Shown in pieces: positions 19,170 to 29,357 of a stretch of DNA of 64,000 nucleotides; within the stretch, counting starts at the first letter, position 1, and each line of letters opens with the position of its first letter. The position numbers and the translations under genes are program-made. The notes under the pieces were generated by a model. That model was not told the DNA's origin. It saw only the letters and a list, made by a program, of their open reading frames with translations, and searched no databases. The DNA comes from a virus (lineage: Duplodnaviria > Caudoviricetes): positions 32,001-96,000 of IMG/VR virus record IMGVR_UViG_3300010283_000005; one strand, given 5' to 3'.

Positions 19170-20990
19170 ATGGCATATGAAATGTTAAGTCCTGGTGTGT
19201 CAGTTAATGAGATCGACTATAGTGACTACGTTGCTGCTGCTGCTACCTGTATCATTGGTATGGTAGGTGGTGCTCGTAGAGGTCCAGTAGTCCCTACTCT
19301 AGTGACTTCTCAGGAAGAATTCGTGAAACTGTATGGCATTCCTTCCACGAAGGAGTATGGTGCTTATAGTGCATTGCAGGCACTGACTCAGGCATCTCAG
19401 CTGTATTATCAGCGTGCTGTACACATGTCTACTGCAGCTAAGGCTGGTGCGTCTGGCACTGATAAGCTGCTATTTACTCTCAAGAAGCTCGGTACTGCTT
19501 ATAATGGCTATACCGTGAAGATCGATTATACTTCTGATACTGACTTCAATGTGACTGTATTCAGACCACATATTCAGTCAGATGGTGAAGGTACTGATCC
19601 AGTGCAGCTTGAGAAGTTTGAGCAATGCAGTCTGAATACTACTGACGAGGCTAACTTCGTCAATAATAAGATCAATAGTGCTTCTGAGTATGTGATCGTA
19701 GCTCTTATGGATAGTGGTACTCTTGCTACTAAGACTCTCACTTTTGCTAATGCAACTGATGGTGCTGCTTATGGTACTGCAGGTGGTAGCGATCAGGTCT
19801 TCTCTATCAAGACTAAGTACTATGATTCCACTCTGAACTATGACATCGTGAAGTTTACTAAGCCTGATCTGGCTGGTTACTTCAGTATGATCCTGATGTC
19901 TGAGGATCGTAATACGATTGTTGAACAGATCGACAATCTGTCACTTGATCCTTCTGATGAGCGTTATGTCGATAACATCATCGCAAGCACTTCTATCAAT
20001 GTAGAGGTTACTTACAATAAGGATCACTTTGAAGATGATAATGATATCAGTACTGTCGAGTATGTTATCAAGGGTGGCAATGATGGTATCACAGGTCTTA
20101 CTGAGAAAGATATCATTGGTACTACCAGTGATGGTCTGAAAGCTTTCAGCAATCCTGAGGTTATCGACATCAATCTATTATGTGCTCCTGGTTGGTATCA
20201 GGCTGAGGTCGCTTCTGAAGGTATCTCAATCTGTGAAGGTCGTGGTGATGCAATCTACATTGCTGAGACTCCATTCGGACTGACTGCTCAGGAAGCTAAT
20301 GCATGGGCAAATGGTTCTGATGAATTCGCTGCTGATCATAAAGCATTCGATAGTTCCTACGGTGCTATGTACTGGCCATGGGTTCAGGTATCTGATCCTT
20401 ATACTCGTCAGAACATCTGGTTACCGCCTACGGGTACCATCTGTGCTCAGTATGCTTATTCAGATAACGTAGGTCAGCCTTGGTTCGCTCCTGCTGGTCT
20501 GAATCGTGGTATCCTACAGAATGTTCTTGCAGTTGAGTACTCTGCTACTAAGGGTGAGCGTGATACCATCTATGGTGGTAGAAACGTTGTTAACCCGATC
20601 ATCAACTACAGAGGTCAGGGAATCGTTATCTGGGGTCAGAAGACCATGCAGCGTAAGGCTAATTCTCTGGATAGAGTCAATGCCAGACGTTTGATGAACT
20701 ATCTGAAGAAGATCATCTCTGCTTCCACTGCTTACTATGTATTCGAGCCTAATGACGAGTACAACTGGAATAAGTGGATCGACATGGTTGAGCCTAAGCT
20801 CGAGAATATCAAGCATTTACGTGGTGTCTATGAGTACAAGGTTGAAATGCAGCCTACTACTTCAGAGATCGAGAATAACGTAATGCCTGGTACGATCTAC
20901 GTTAAGCCTACTAAGGCTGCTGAGTATATCCCGTTGAACTTCATGATTGCTCCTTATGGTGCATCTTTTGATGAAGAGCTCAACGGCTAA
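19170..20990 (+). CDS. tail sheath protein
   Basis: LSPGVSVNEID, YWPWV, PWFAPAGLNRG, WGQKT, RVNARRL. Confidence 0.95.
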   Translation: MAYEMLSPGVSVNEIDYSDYVAAAATCIIGMVGGARRGPVVPTLVTSQEEFVKLYGIPSTKEYGAYSALQALTQASQLYYQRAVHMSTAAKAGASGTDKLLFTLKKLGTAYNGYTVKIDYTSDTDFNVTVFRPHIQSDGEGTDPVQLEKFEQCSLNTTDEANFVNNKINSASEYVIVALMDSGTLATKTLTFANATDGAAYGTAGGSDQVFSIKTKYYDSTLNYDIVKFTKPDLAGYFSMILMSEDRNTIVEQIDNLSLDPSDERYVDNIIASTSINVEVTYNKDHFEDDNDISTVEYVIKGGNDGITGLTEKDIIGTTSDGLKAFSNPEVIDINLLCAPGWYQAEVASEGISICEGRGDAIYIAETPFGLTAQEANAWANGSDEFAADHKAFDSSYGAMYWPWVQVSDPYTRQNIWLPPTGTICAQYAYSDNVGQPWFAPAGLNRGILQNVLAVEYSATKGERDTIYGGRNVVNPIINYRGQGIVIWGQKTMQRKANSLDRVNARRLMNYLKKIISASTAYYVFEPNDEYNWNKWIDMVEPKLENIKHLRGVYEYKVEMQPTTSEIENNVMPGTIYVKPTKAAEYIPLNFMIAPYGASFDEELNG

Positions 20991-21011
20991 TTGAGAAAGG
21001 AGTGAATCGTT

Positions 21012-21512
21012 ATGCCATTAACAGTCGGACCTATGCACTTATCGAATAATCGTAATTTCGAGGTGCAGAGAACTAATAACTTCGAGGTGGTATTTGAAGG
21101 ATTATCTGAAGATATCACCTTGTCAGTGGCTTCCTTCTCTCTAGCAAACATCACTAATGACCCTATCGAAATTCCTTATGGTAACTCCAAGGTTAAGGTA
21201 GCTGGTCAGGCTTCCTTCGATGATGCAAGCCTTGTGGTTAATGACTACATCGTTGCTGATATCGAGAAGCAGTTATGGGCATGGAGAAAGAAGGTCTTTG
21301 ATCCTGAGACCATGAAAGTTGGTTGGGCTGAGGACTACAAGCGTAATGGTCGTCTCTATCAGTATGGTCCTGATGGTACTGTACAGCGTGTATGGAGACT
21401 GATCGGATGCTGGCCTACGGGTCTTGAGTCTTCTGAGTTCAACTACGATGGATCTGATAAGAAGCAGATTACTATGCCGATGGCAATCGATCAAGCTTAT
21501 CCAGAGCGATAA
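21012..21512 (+). CDS. tail tube protein (T4 gp19-like)
   Basis: RTNNFEV, KVAG, W.L.GCWP; follows the sheath gene. Confidence 0.85.
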   Translation: MPLTVGPMHLSNNRNFEVQRTNNFEVVFEGLSEDITLSVASFSLANITNDPIEIPYGNSKVKVAGQASFDDASLVVNDYIVADIEKQLWAWRKKVFDPETMKVGWAEDYKRNGRLYQYGPDGTVQRVWRLIGCWPTGLESSEFNYDGSDKKQITMPMAIDQAYPER

Positions 21513-21565
21513 GCCTGAGCCATCAGGCTCATCAAACTATACTTAGATATGGAGGAATGTAAACT

Positions 21566-22306
21566 ATGAGTGCAAGTAAATATGAAACTACAGTAAGTCT
21601 ACCATCAAAGGGATTGCTCTATGAGGATATCCCTGAGGAAATTACCTTAAGAGCCATCACTACCAATGATGAGAAAATGCTATATGGATCAACTTCAGGA
21701 AATGCCTTCTCTAAGGTTATCAAGAGTTGTATCGTATCTCCTGAGAATGTGGATGTAGGTGACCTGCTCCCGTTTGATGAGCAGTTCCTGATGCTGAAGC
21801 TTCGTACTCATACTTATGGTTCCAACTACGATGTTCAGGGTGTATGCCCTAACTGTGGTCATAAGCATGTATTCGAAGTCAATCTGGATGAATTTCCAGT
21901 GTTTACTCTGGATGATAACTTCAAGGAACCTCTTGAGTTCACTCTTCCTCAGTGTGGTCAGAAAGTATCAGTTCGATTACTTCGTAACCGTGATTATGAT
22001 TCAATTCGTAATCAGGCTAAGAAGATCGCTAAGCATACTGGTGCGAATGCTAAGGAACTTGAGTACATGTATCGTATGGCTCGATATATCAAGGCTATCG
22101 ATGATAAGGCTGTAGATGAAGGAGCAGCTCAGCATTTCGTAGAGACGCTGACTGGTCGTGACTCAGCCTACTTCTGGTGGAAGCTTGATGAGGAGGTCAA
22201 GTGTGGCGTAGATACTACATCCGAGGTTGTATGCCCTGAGTGTGGTGAGGAGTACGAAGCTCCGTTCGCTATCACTTCAGAATTCTTTCGTCCCAAATTT
22301 AAATAA
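21566..22306 (+). CDS. tail/baseplate-hub assembly chaperone (T4 gp26-like)
   Basis: LPSKG, DEKML, LRTHTYG, two CPxCG knuckles, FFRP end. Confidence 0.75.
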   Translation: MSASKYETTVSLPSKGLLYEDIPEEITLRAITTNDEKMLYGSTSGNAFSKVIKSCIVSPENVDVGDLLPFDEQFLMLKLRTHTYGSNYDVQGVCPNCGHKHVFEVNLDEFPVFTLDDNFKEPLEFTLPQCGQKVSVRLLRNRDYDSIRNQAKKIAKHTGANAKELEYMYRMARYIKAIDDKAVDEGAAQHFVETLTGRDSAYFWWKLDEEVKCGVDTTSEVVCPECGEEYEAPFAITSEFFRPKFK

Positions 22307-22550
22307 TGAGGACGATAGTCCTGAGGACATCGCTCGCAAGTGGCAATATCGAAGTAAGCACTGGGAGGATGTTGTAAAGCAGCAATTCCAGCTAGCTTAC
22401 TTTGGTAAAGTCACCTATGAAGAATCTCAAGATATGCCTATCCATGAACGTGAGTACATGTTCGGACTGCTATTAGAGCAGAAAGATGCTGAAGTCAAGG
22501 CTAGGGAGGAAGCAATCAAACAAGCTGAGGCTAAGGCTAAAGCTAAGTAG
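22293..22550 (+). CDS. gp51-like chaperone segment, probably reached by a +1 frameshift from the upstream gene
   Basis: MPIHEREYMFGLLLEQ motif; no RBS-backed in-frame start; overlaps CCC AAA TTT AAA TAA. Confidence 0.5.
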   Translation, partial: PNLNNEDDSPEDIARKWQYRSKHWEDVVKQQFQLAYFGKVTYEESQDMPIHEREYMFGLLLEQKDAEVKAREEAIKQAEAKAKAK

Positions 22551-22572
22551 TCAGGAAAGGTGGTGAGATAGC

Positions 22573-25500
22573 ATGGCTCTAAATAATCAGAATGGAGATA
22601 CTAATGGTGGAGATCAGAATAATGGCAGTCGGATACGTAGACGATTATTGAGTATCAATGATCAGATCGATAGTATCCAGGATGCTTCATTCCGTAATTA
22701 CACTAGAAGTATCGAAAGGAGATTCCAAAGATTAGCTGATCAGCAAGCTCGTATGATCAGTCAGACTTACGATCAGCTAGATCGTGAGGAGAGAGCTAGA
22801 GCTAGAGACTCACTGAGAGACCAGACTGAATCTATGAAGCGTTCTCTGGAGAACTGGAAACGTTATAATAGTAGAGTCAATGATGACCTGACTGTCACTG
22901 AGAAATTTGCTACCAAACTATTCTACTGGAATAGACGTAGAGATCTTCGTAACCTCGAGCGTGAAGCTAGATATCGATTTAAGGATATTGAGGAAGATGC
23001 TGAGGAGATGGGAGAGTCTATGTCTGATACTTTCAGTAAGGTATCAGAATCTCTCAGAGACTGGGGTACTGCTCTCAATGTCAATTCTCTAGTGTCTGGA
23101 CTAGAAGATACTACTCAGTCGACTAGAGAGATTCGAGTGGAACTGCAGAAATATACTAAGCTGTCTGATAAACAGTGGAAGGAAATGAAGCAGAATGCCA
23201 TCGATTTCTCTAAGTCTACTGATTATGCTATATCTAACATCGATTACCTAAGTGATACATCTGATATCATTATCAAGCTGGGGATCGATGATACTGACTT
23301 AGCTCAGGATATGGCTAAGATCACTACTAAGTTCACTAATATGACTGGAGTCTCACTCGATGATCAGTCGAAGATGCTCGAAGTGTCTCAGATGGATGGA
23401 ATGGGTGGACTTGATTATCAGAAATTGCTTTCTAGTCAGATGATGGCTATTCAGCAAGCTGATGGCTTGTGGACTAGTGGTGAAGACTTGATGAAAGTCT
23501 ATAACGATAACATCGATATGTTTCGTGACTTATCGAATGGTAATCGTGACCTACTGAAGAACTACACTGAAAGTTCAATGGCATTAACTGCTGCAGGTAA
23601 CTCAGGTTACATCGATGGATTGAATGATCAGTTGTACGAGATCATGAATATGAGTCTGTCAGATATTGCTGATAAGATGGAAGGTGGTCAGTTCTACCTC
23701 AAGGATGTTCATGACTTGATGCAATCAGGTTCATTCGATCAAGCTGCTAAAGCATTCATCGAAGGCTATAATCAGATGAGAACGCAGATGATTCAGACCT
23801 CAGGTATGGATGGCTGGAAAGAGATGGCTAAAGAGATGGATCTTGATGGCATCAATGAGTCACAAATCATTGAAGCTAGCAATGTCAAGGACTACTTTGA
23901 TGCTTATCAGAAAGCTATGGATACCATCAATGAGCAGACAGTAGCTCAGACTAAGTTTGTCGATGAATGGAAGCCTGATGTCACCTTTGGTACTAAGCTA
24001 TCTAACTGGTGGAAATCATCTAAGCTAGGTAGTGGACTTGATGACTTGCTGAGTGACCTAGATCTATCCTTATCAGAAGTATTCTTAGGGATCAGTGCTA
24101 TCAGTCAGGTAGTCGGACTATTTGGTAAGGGATTAGGTAAAGCAGGTGGATTACTAGGTAAGCTTCTAGGTGGAGGAGGTTCTGCTAGTGGAGGTGCTGG
24201 ATTAGGTAGCTTGCTATCTGTTGCAGGATCAGCTATCGGTGGAAACTTATTCGCATTAGGAGGTAACTTAGTAGAACTAGGAGGAGCTGAGCTAGGAGTT
24301 GGAGCTTCATCAACAGTAGCAGGCACTGCTGCTCTAGGAGCTGGATCAGTAGCTGGCGGACTTCTAGGTGGTGCTGGAATCATCTCAGGTGGTATTGATA
24401 TCTATCATGCTATCAGAGGTAAGAATAAAGATGGATCCGAGATGACTGGCAAGGAACGTCAGGATAAAGGATTCGCAGGTGGTACTAAGATTGGTATGGT
24501 TGGCGGAGGAGCTGCTGCTGGTGCTGCAATCGGATCAGTAGTACCTGGATTAGGTAATGCAATAGGTGCCTTGCTAGGCGCTGGTGTAGGTGGTATCGGA
24601 GCTCTGCTGACTGGTACTAAAGTAGGTAAGGCTCTAAGTGATGCCTGGGATTGGACTAAGGAGAAGGCTAGTGACCTATGGGATAATGTATCCGATTGGG
24701 GTAGCAAGACCTGGACCAACATCAAGACTTGGGCAGGTAACACATGGGATAATGTCAAGACTAAAGCAGGAGATATGTGGGATGGTGCCAAGCAATTTGG
24801 TATCGATGCCTTCAATACTGCAGTAGGTACTGGCGATATCTTGATGGAGAACTTATTCAGTGCGATGGGACTTGATTGGGATGGCTTCAAATCCAAGGTA
24901 TCTGAGGGTTGGGAGAACATCAAAGAATGGGGTTCTAATGCATGGGATTCTATCTCTAGCTGGGCTAGTGAGAAATGGAATGGATTAACTTCGACTATTT
25001 CAGAAGGATGGAATAGTATAAAGGAGTGGGGTACTAATGCCTGGACTTCCATTTCTGATTGGGCAGGTGAGAAGTGGGATGGAATCAAAGAGAAAGCTAC
25101 TACAGTCTGGACTGATGTGAAGGACTGGGCAGGTAAGAAGTGGGATGACATCAAGAATAAAGCTACTGGAGTATGGGATGATATCTCTACTAAAGCTAAT
25201 AAGGTCTGGGATGGAGTCAAGTCAGGTGCTACTAAGGCATTCGATGCTGTCAAGGATAAAGCTAGTGACATCTGGGGAGGAATCAAGGACTTCTTCACTG
25301 GAGCTAAGAGCCGAGGTGAGGAGATCACTGGTATCGATGGTTCTCATAAGAATGGACTTGATACAGTTCCTAAGGATGGATACATTGCTGAGTTGCATAA
25401 GAACGAAGCAGTCCTAACTTCAGGTCAGGCTGATCAGCTACGTGCAATGAGCAATGGTGGCTCAGTCAGTGGATTCTTCCACAATGTATGGAAGAATGCT

Positions 25501-26403
25501 AAGCTCGATCGTAATGCTCTGATTGAAAGCTACAAGAATTCCATGAGTTCAAGTAATGGATCGACTTCATCAGGCGGAGGAGCTTCTCAAGGTACTGGTG
25601 GTACTGAGAACTACTCAACTGGCGGTAGTCAGAATGATTATCTGTATGAGGACTTAGGTTCGTGGTCAGATACTACCGCTGAGAAGATCAACCAATGGGT
25701 TAAGAGTAATCGTTCTGACTCTCCTTTCGTAGGTAATGGTAACATCTTCATGGATGCTGCTAAGAAGTCAGGACTTGATCCTCGATACATTCTAGCTCAT
25801 GCTGCTCTAGAGTCAGCTTGGGGTACTTCTAGAATTGCCAAGGATAAGAATAACTACTTTGGTATCGGAGCATTTGATAGCTCTCCTTATCAGTCAGCTT
25901 ATTCCTTTGGATCAGGACTAGCTGCTGGTATCATCGGTGGTGCTGATTGGATTGCTAAGCATTACTACAATGGTCAGTACAATCAGAAATCCATCTATAA
26001 GATGCGTCACAATAATGGTGTGCATGAGTATGCCACTAGTGGCACTTGGGATACCAGCATTGCTTCAATCATGACTCATGGTCCTGCTAATACTAAGCTG
26101 AAGAAGCTACCTGCTTATGCTTCAGGTACTCCTTGGGTACCTAATGATCAGGTCGCTTTGATCCACAAGGGTGAGATGATCGTACCTGCTGATTCTAACC
26201 CATACAATCAGCCTGCTCCTTCTGCTTCAAGTGGATCTGATGATGGTACTATCGATGAATTAATTCAAGTAGTTAAATGGGGAGTATCTCGTATTGAGAA
26301 AGCTATCAATAATAGTGGCAATCAGATGAGCTACAACCTAGCAAATGCTACTAGAGTAAAGAAAGGCAGTACTGCTTCAGACGAGTTATTCAGTTACACG
26401 TAA
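22573..26403 (+). CDS. tape measure protein with a C-terminal GH73 glucosaminidase-like domain
   Basis: 1276 aa; Gly-rich hydrophobic region; Trp repeats; LAHAALESAWG, NNYFGIGA, YATS. Confidence 0.88.
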   Translation: MALNNQNGDTNGGDQNNGSRIRRRLLSINDQIDSIQDASFRNYTRSIERRFQRLADQQARMISQTYDQLDREERARARDSLRDQTESMKRSLENWKRYNSRVNDDLTVTEKFATKLFYWNRRRDLRNLEREARYRFKDIEEDAEEMGESMSDTFSKVSESLRDWGTALNVNSLVSGLEDTTQSTREIRVELQKYTKLSDKQWKEMKQNAIDFSKSTDYAISNIDYLSDTSDIIIKLGIDDTDLAQDMAKITTKFTNMTGVSLDDQSKMLEVSQMDGMGGLDYQKLLSSQMMAIQQADGLWTSGEDLMKVYNDNIDMFRDLSNGNRDLLKNYTESSMALTAAGNSGYIDGLNDQLYEIMNMSLSDIADKMEGGQFYLKDVHDLMQSGSFDQAAKAFIEGYNQMRTQMIQTSGMDGWKEMAKEMDLDGINESQIIEASNVKDYFDAYQKAMDTINEQTVAQTKFVDEWKPDVTFGTKLSNWWKSSKLGSGLDDLLSDLDLSLSEVFLGISAISQVVGLFGKGLGKAGGLLGKLLGGGGSASGGAGLGSLLSVAGSAIGGNLFALGGNLVELGGAELGVGASSTVAGTAALGAGSVAGGLLGGAGIISGGIDIYHAIRGKNKDGSEMTGKERQDKGFAGGTKIGMVGGGAAAGAAIGSVVPGLGNAIGALLGAGVGGIGALLTGTKVGKALSDAWDWTKEKASDLWDNVSDWGSKTWTNIKTWAGNTWDNVKTKAGDMWDGAKQFGIDAFNTAVGTGDILMENLFSAMGLDWDGFKSKVSEGWENIKEWGSNAWDSISSWASEKWNGLTSTISEGWNSIKEWGTNAWTSISDWAGEKWDGIKEKATTVWTDVKDWAGKKWDDIKNKATGVWDDISTKANKVWDGVKSGATKAFDAVKDKASDIWGGIKDFFTGAKSRGEEITGIDGSHKNGLDTVPKDGYIAELHKNEAVLTSGQADQLRAMSNGGSVSGFFHNVWKNAKLDRNALIESYKNSMSSSNGSTSSGGGASQGTGGTENYSTGGSQNDYLYEDLGSWSDTTAEKINQWVKSNRSDSPFVGNGNIFMDAAKKSGLDPRYILAHAALESAWGTSRIAKDKNNYFGIGAFDSSPYQSAYSFGSGLAAGIIGGADWIAKHYYNGQYNQKSIYKMRHNNGVHEYATSGTWDTSIASIMTHGPANTKLKKLPAYASGTPWVPNDQVALIHKGEMIVPADSNPYNQPAPSASSGSDDGTIDELIQVVKWGVSRIEKAINNSGNQMSYNLANATRVKKGSTASDELFSYT
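24631..25296 (+). repeat. about 11-aa periodic Trp repeats in the tape measure protein
   Basis: W..IK.W....W pattern repeated about 20 times. Confidence 0.75.
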
Positions 26404-26408
26404 CAATG

Positions 26409-26448
26409 AGGTAGGGTGAGTAACTAAGTTGCTTATCCTACCTTTTCT
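26409..26448 (+). terminator. Rho-independent terminator
   Basis: AGGTAGGGTGAGTAAC-TAA-GTTGCTTATCCTACCT followed by TTTC. Confidence 0.7.
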
Positions 26449-26465
26449 ATTATATAGATTAGGAG

Positions 26466-27287
26466 GTGAATTCATTGGCTAAGACTTACAAAGTAGTAAC
26501 ATCTGTACCTGGTTATTATACTAGTATGGATGCTAAGAAGAAACGAGATAAGAGAAATACAGTCAAACCAGCTACTTATTACGTCTATAATGAGGCTAAT
26601 GGCATGATCAATGTGACTTCTAAGCAAGGTAATCCTGGATCATGGATTAATCCTGATGACAATAAGAAGTCTGATAATGCTGTCACTTCTAAGAAATCTA
26701 CTGAGAAGACTTCAACTAAAACGAAGACTACTACAACTAAGACGACTACTACCACTAAGGATACTAGTGCTAATAAGACTGGATCAAGTGGTACCAATAA
26801 GAAAGTGTATCGAATCACTAAGGATTATATTCCGTGCTACATAATCAATACCTTGACTGGTAATACGATAGAGTTCGATGTAGAACCTGATGAGATCACT
26901 GAGTCTAATACGGCTAGCTTCGATCCTCAAGACATTCGAGGTCGATCATCTCCGTATCAAGGCTACAATAGTTCAGGTCCTAGAAACATTAGCTTTGAGC
27001 TAGTGCTTCATCAGGATCTATGCAAGGATGGTATCCTAAATACTGTCAATCATCTGAAATCTCTAGCATACCCTGGTTATGGTGGTGTGCTTAGAGCACC
27101 TGAGTGCATGATTCGCTTAGGTAATATGATTCATTGCAAGGCTATAGTCACTGACGTAGGAGTCACCTGGCAGAAGCCTTATCGTGACAATGTGTACTTA
27201 GCAGCTTCGGTGAGTTTATCATTCAATGAAATTACCGATAATCCGCAGTCATCTGCTGATATCTGGTCGAAAGGAGGATTCATCTAA
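26466..27287 (+). CDS. tail tube initiator/baseplate protein with an N-terminal SH3-like cell-wall-binding domain
   Basis: GMINVT...PGSWINP N-domain, Thr/Lys linker, IRGRSSP...GPRNISFEL...LAYP C-domain. Confidence 0.6.
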   Translation: MNSLAKTYKVVTSVPGYYTSMDAKKKRDKRNTVKPATYYVYNEANGMINVTSKQGNPGSWINPDDNKKSDNAVTSKKSTEKTSTKTKTTTTKTTTTTKDTSANKTGSSGTNKKVYRITKDYIPCYIINTLTGNTIEFDVEPDEITESNTASFDPQDIRGRSSPYQGYNSSGPRNISFELVLHQDLCKDGILNTVNHLKSLAYPGYGGVLRAPECMIRLGNMIHCKAIVTDVGVTWQKPYRDNVYLAASVSLSFNEITDNPQSSADIWSKGGFI

Positions 27288-27643
27288 TGGCTAATAAATA
27301 CTTCGATGATATCGTAAGTTCATATCCTGATCAGAAAGATGGTTACTCCGTATCTAGGTATCATAACATGCGAAGAATCAAGGATACTGAAGGTGATGAG
27401 TATCTAGAGACTTACGAGAATATTGAATTTCCTGAGAGATCTGATGATCAGTATCATCTAGTAGAACCTAGTGAGGAGAATCGGCTGGATCTGATATCCT
27501 ACAAGTACTATGGTACTCCTCTCCTATACTGGGCTATTGCAGAAGCTAGTGGATTGACTGATCCAGAGATAGTGCCTTCAGGAACTACTCTCAGAATTCC
27601 TTCTCGTCAAGCATTATATGGATTCAAGGGGGTGCTTAGATAA
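27287..27643 (+). CDS. LysM-like baseplate protein (gp53/tail X-like)
   Basis: RLDLISYKYYGTPLLYWAIAEA...GTTLRIP. Confidence 0.8.
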   Translation: MANKYFDDIVSSYPDQKDGYSVSRYHNMRRIKDTEGDEYLETYENIEFPERSDDQYHLVEPSEENRLDLISYKYYGTPLLYWAIAEASGLTDPEIVPSGTTLRIPSRQALYGFKGVLR

Positions 27644-29343
27644 TGAGTAACATGCCTCCTAATCCCTATTACGCATTTGTTGAGCTCACCATCGGTGACT
27701 TCAATATGACTTTGCTACCTCCTGAGCATATAGCTCAGTTCACTTATACTCGTAAGCCTTTGAATGCATCAAATAAGTTCATCATATCTCTATTCGATGA
27801 GACTGCGATGTTAGTAGAATATCAGCTACTTAAAGGCTACAAGGAAGTCAAGTTCAGATATGGCTATGTCGGAGGAGTTACTAGTCCAGTGTATTCAGGA
27901 ATGGTTACTGAATACGATGTCGACTTCACTCCTGCTGGTGCATTACTGAATATTGAAGGCTTATCTTCATCGATATCATCATTCTCGAATCCTGCTACTA
28001 AGACTTACAAGGGCATGAAGATCCATGAGATTGTTAAGGCTATAGCTAAGGAAGAGAAGTGGATCGAAGGTAAGATAGTCCCTTGCCAATCAGTATCAGA
28101 TGGTGATAATAAGGATAAGACATTCACTCGTAACAATCAAGCAGCTCAGGTGTTCATTACAAATGAGTTAATTCCTTATGCTAAGAGTGCTAAGAATGGC
28201 GATTCTAATTATGTGCTCAGCTTCGAGGATACTGCTGATGGTACTAAAGTGAACTTCTACCCTATTCTTCAAGCTGGTAATAATACTAAAGAAGCTACGA
28301 CTAACTATGAATTCCAATGGGGATCAGGTGATCGTAATTCTCGAGTAATCAGCTTCAATCCTGATTATAGTGGTACCCTGAGCCTCATGGCTGGTGGTGG
28401 TACTGTAGAAGCTGATACAGTAAGTAAGATAGCTAATGAAATGTTCTCAGTCAAGTATGATAATAATACTGATTCTGATAGAACTACCTTAGCTAAGAAG
28501 TCTACTTATGATTATAAGGCTGCTAAGCGTAAGATTGGTGGTTCTTCTTATTCGATGGAAGAAATGCAGAACATAGCTGCTTATATGTGGGCTAGTCATG
28601 CTACCTTCCCTGTCACTGCTGAGCTAGTAGTTATCGGTGATCCTACTCTGAATGCATTCGATATGGTATCAGTAGTTATGCTGAATAAAGATGGTCTACC
28701 TCATCATAGTTCAGGTGTCTACTTGATCAAGGAAATTGAAGATGACATTGCAGGTGGATCATTCCAATCCAAGATGAGCTTATTCCGTAACGCTATGGAG
28801 ATTGGTGTAGATGAATCAGGTGGTATCAATGTCACTATGAGCTCTACTTATCCTGCTAGTACGACTACGGGAAGTACTGGTACTGATGCTTCTTCTAGTA
28901 CATCAGCAGTAGCAGGTACAAGTACTAGTCAGATCGTTAATGTAGCAATGGCTCAGAAAGGTAATAAAGGTGGTCAGAAATTCTGGTCATGGTGGGGATA
29001 CAGCTATCGAGTAGCATGGTGTGCTATCTTTGTTAGCTGGTGTGCTGAACAAGCTGGTATTCCTAAGTCAGTTATTCCTAAGTACCAGGGATGTACTGAT
29101 GGAGTATCTCAGTTCAAGAAACTAGGTAGGTGGAAAGATTCATCATATACTCCTCAAGCTGGAGATATCATTTTCTTTGACTCACCTAGTAATTCAGGTC
29201 ATACTGGAATCGTAGTAAGATGCGATGGTACTACAGTATACACAATTGAGGGTAATACTTCAGATCAGGTTGCTGAACGTACTTACAATAAAGCTAATCC
29301 TAGTCGAGCAATCGCTGGCTATGGATATACTGGACAATTATAA
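27643..29343 (+). CDS. baseplate hub protein with a C-terminal CHAP amidase
   Basis: Hub-like N-terminus (IGDP.L, SGVYLI); AWCAIFVSW, GHTGIV, TIEGN. Confidence 0.8.
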   Translation: MSNMPPNPYYAFVELTIGDFNMTLLPPEHIAQFTYTRKPLNASNKFIISLFDETAMLVEYQLLKGYKEVKFRYGYVGGVTSPVYSGMVTEYDVDFTPAGALLNIEGLSSSISSFSNPATKTYKGMKIHEIVKAIAKEEKWIEGKIVPCQSVSDGDNKDKTFTRNNQAAQVFITNELIPYAKSAKNGDSNYVLSFEDTADGTKVNFYPILQAGNNTKEATTNYEFQWGSGDRNSRVISFNPDYSGTLSLMAGGGTVEADTVSKIANEMFSVKYDNNTDSDRTTLAKKSTYDYKAAKRKIGGSSYSMEEMQNIAAYMWASHATFPVTAELVVIGDPTLNAFDMVSVVMLNKDGLPHHSSGVYLIKEIEDDIAGGSFQSKMSLFRNAMEIGVDESGGINVTMSSTYPASTTTGSTGTDASSSTSAVAGTSTSQIVNVAMAQKGNKGGQKFWSWWGYSYRVAWCAIFVSWCAEQAGIPKSVIPKYQGCTDGVSQFKKLGRWKDSSYTPQAGDIIFFDSPSNSGHTGIVVRCDGTTVYTIEGNTSDQVAERTYNKANPSRAIAGYGYTGQL

Positions 29344-29357
29344 GGAGGTGTGATAAG

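Noticed and set aside
24459-25328. 289-aa minus-strand ORF and other antisense or alternate-frame ORFs in the track
   Set aside because: These are shadows of + strand genes caused by codon bias and repeats; no RBS or recognisable motifs
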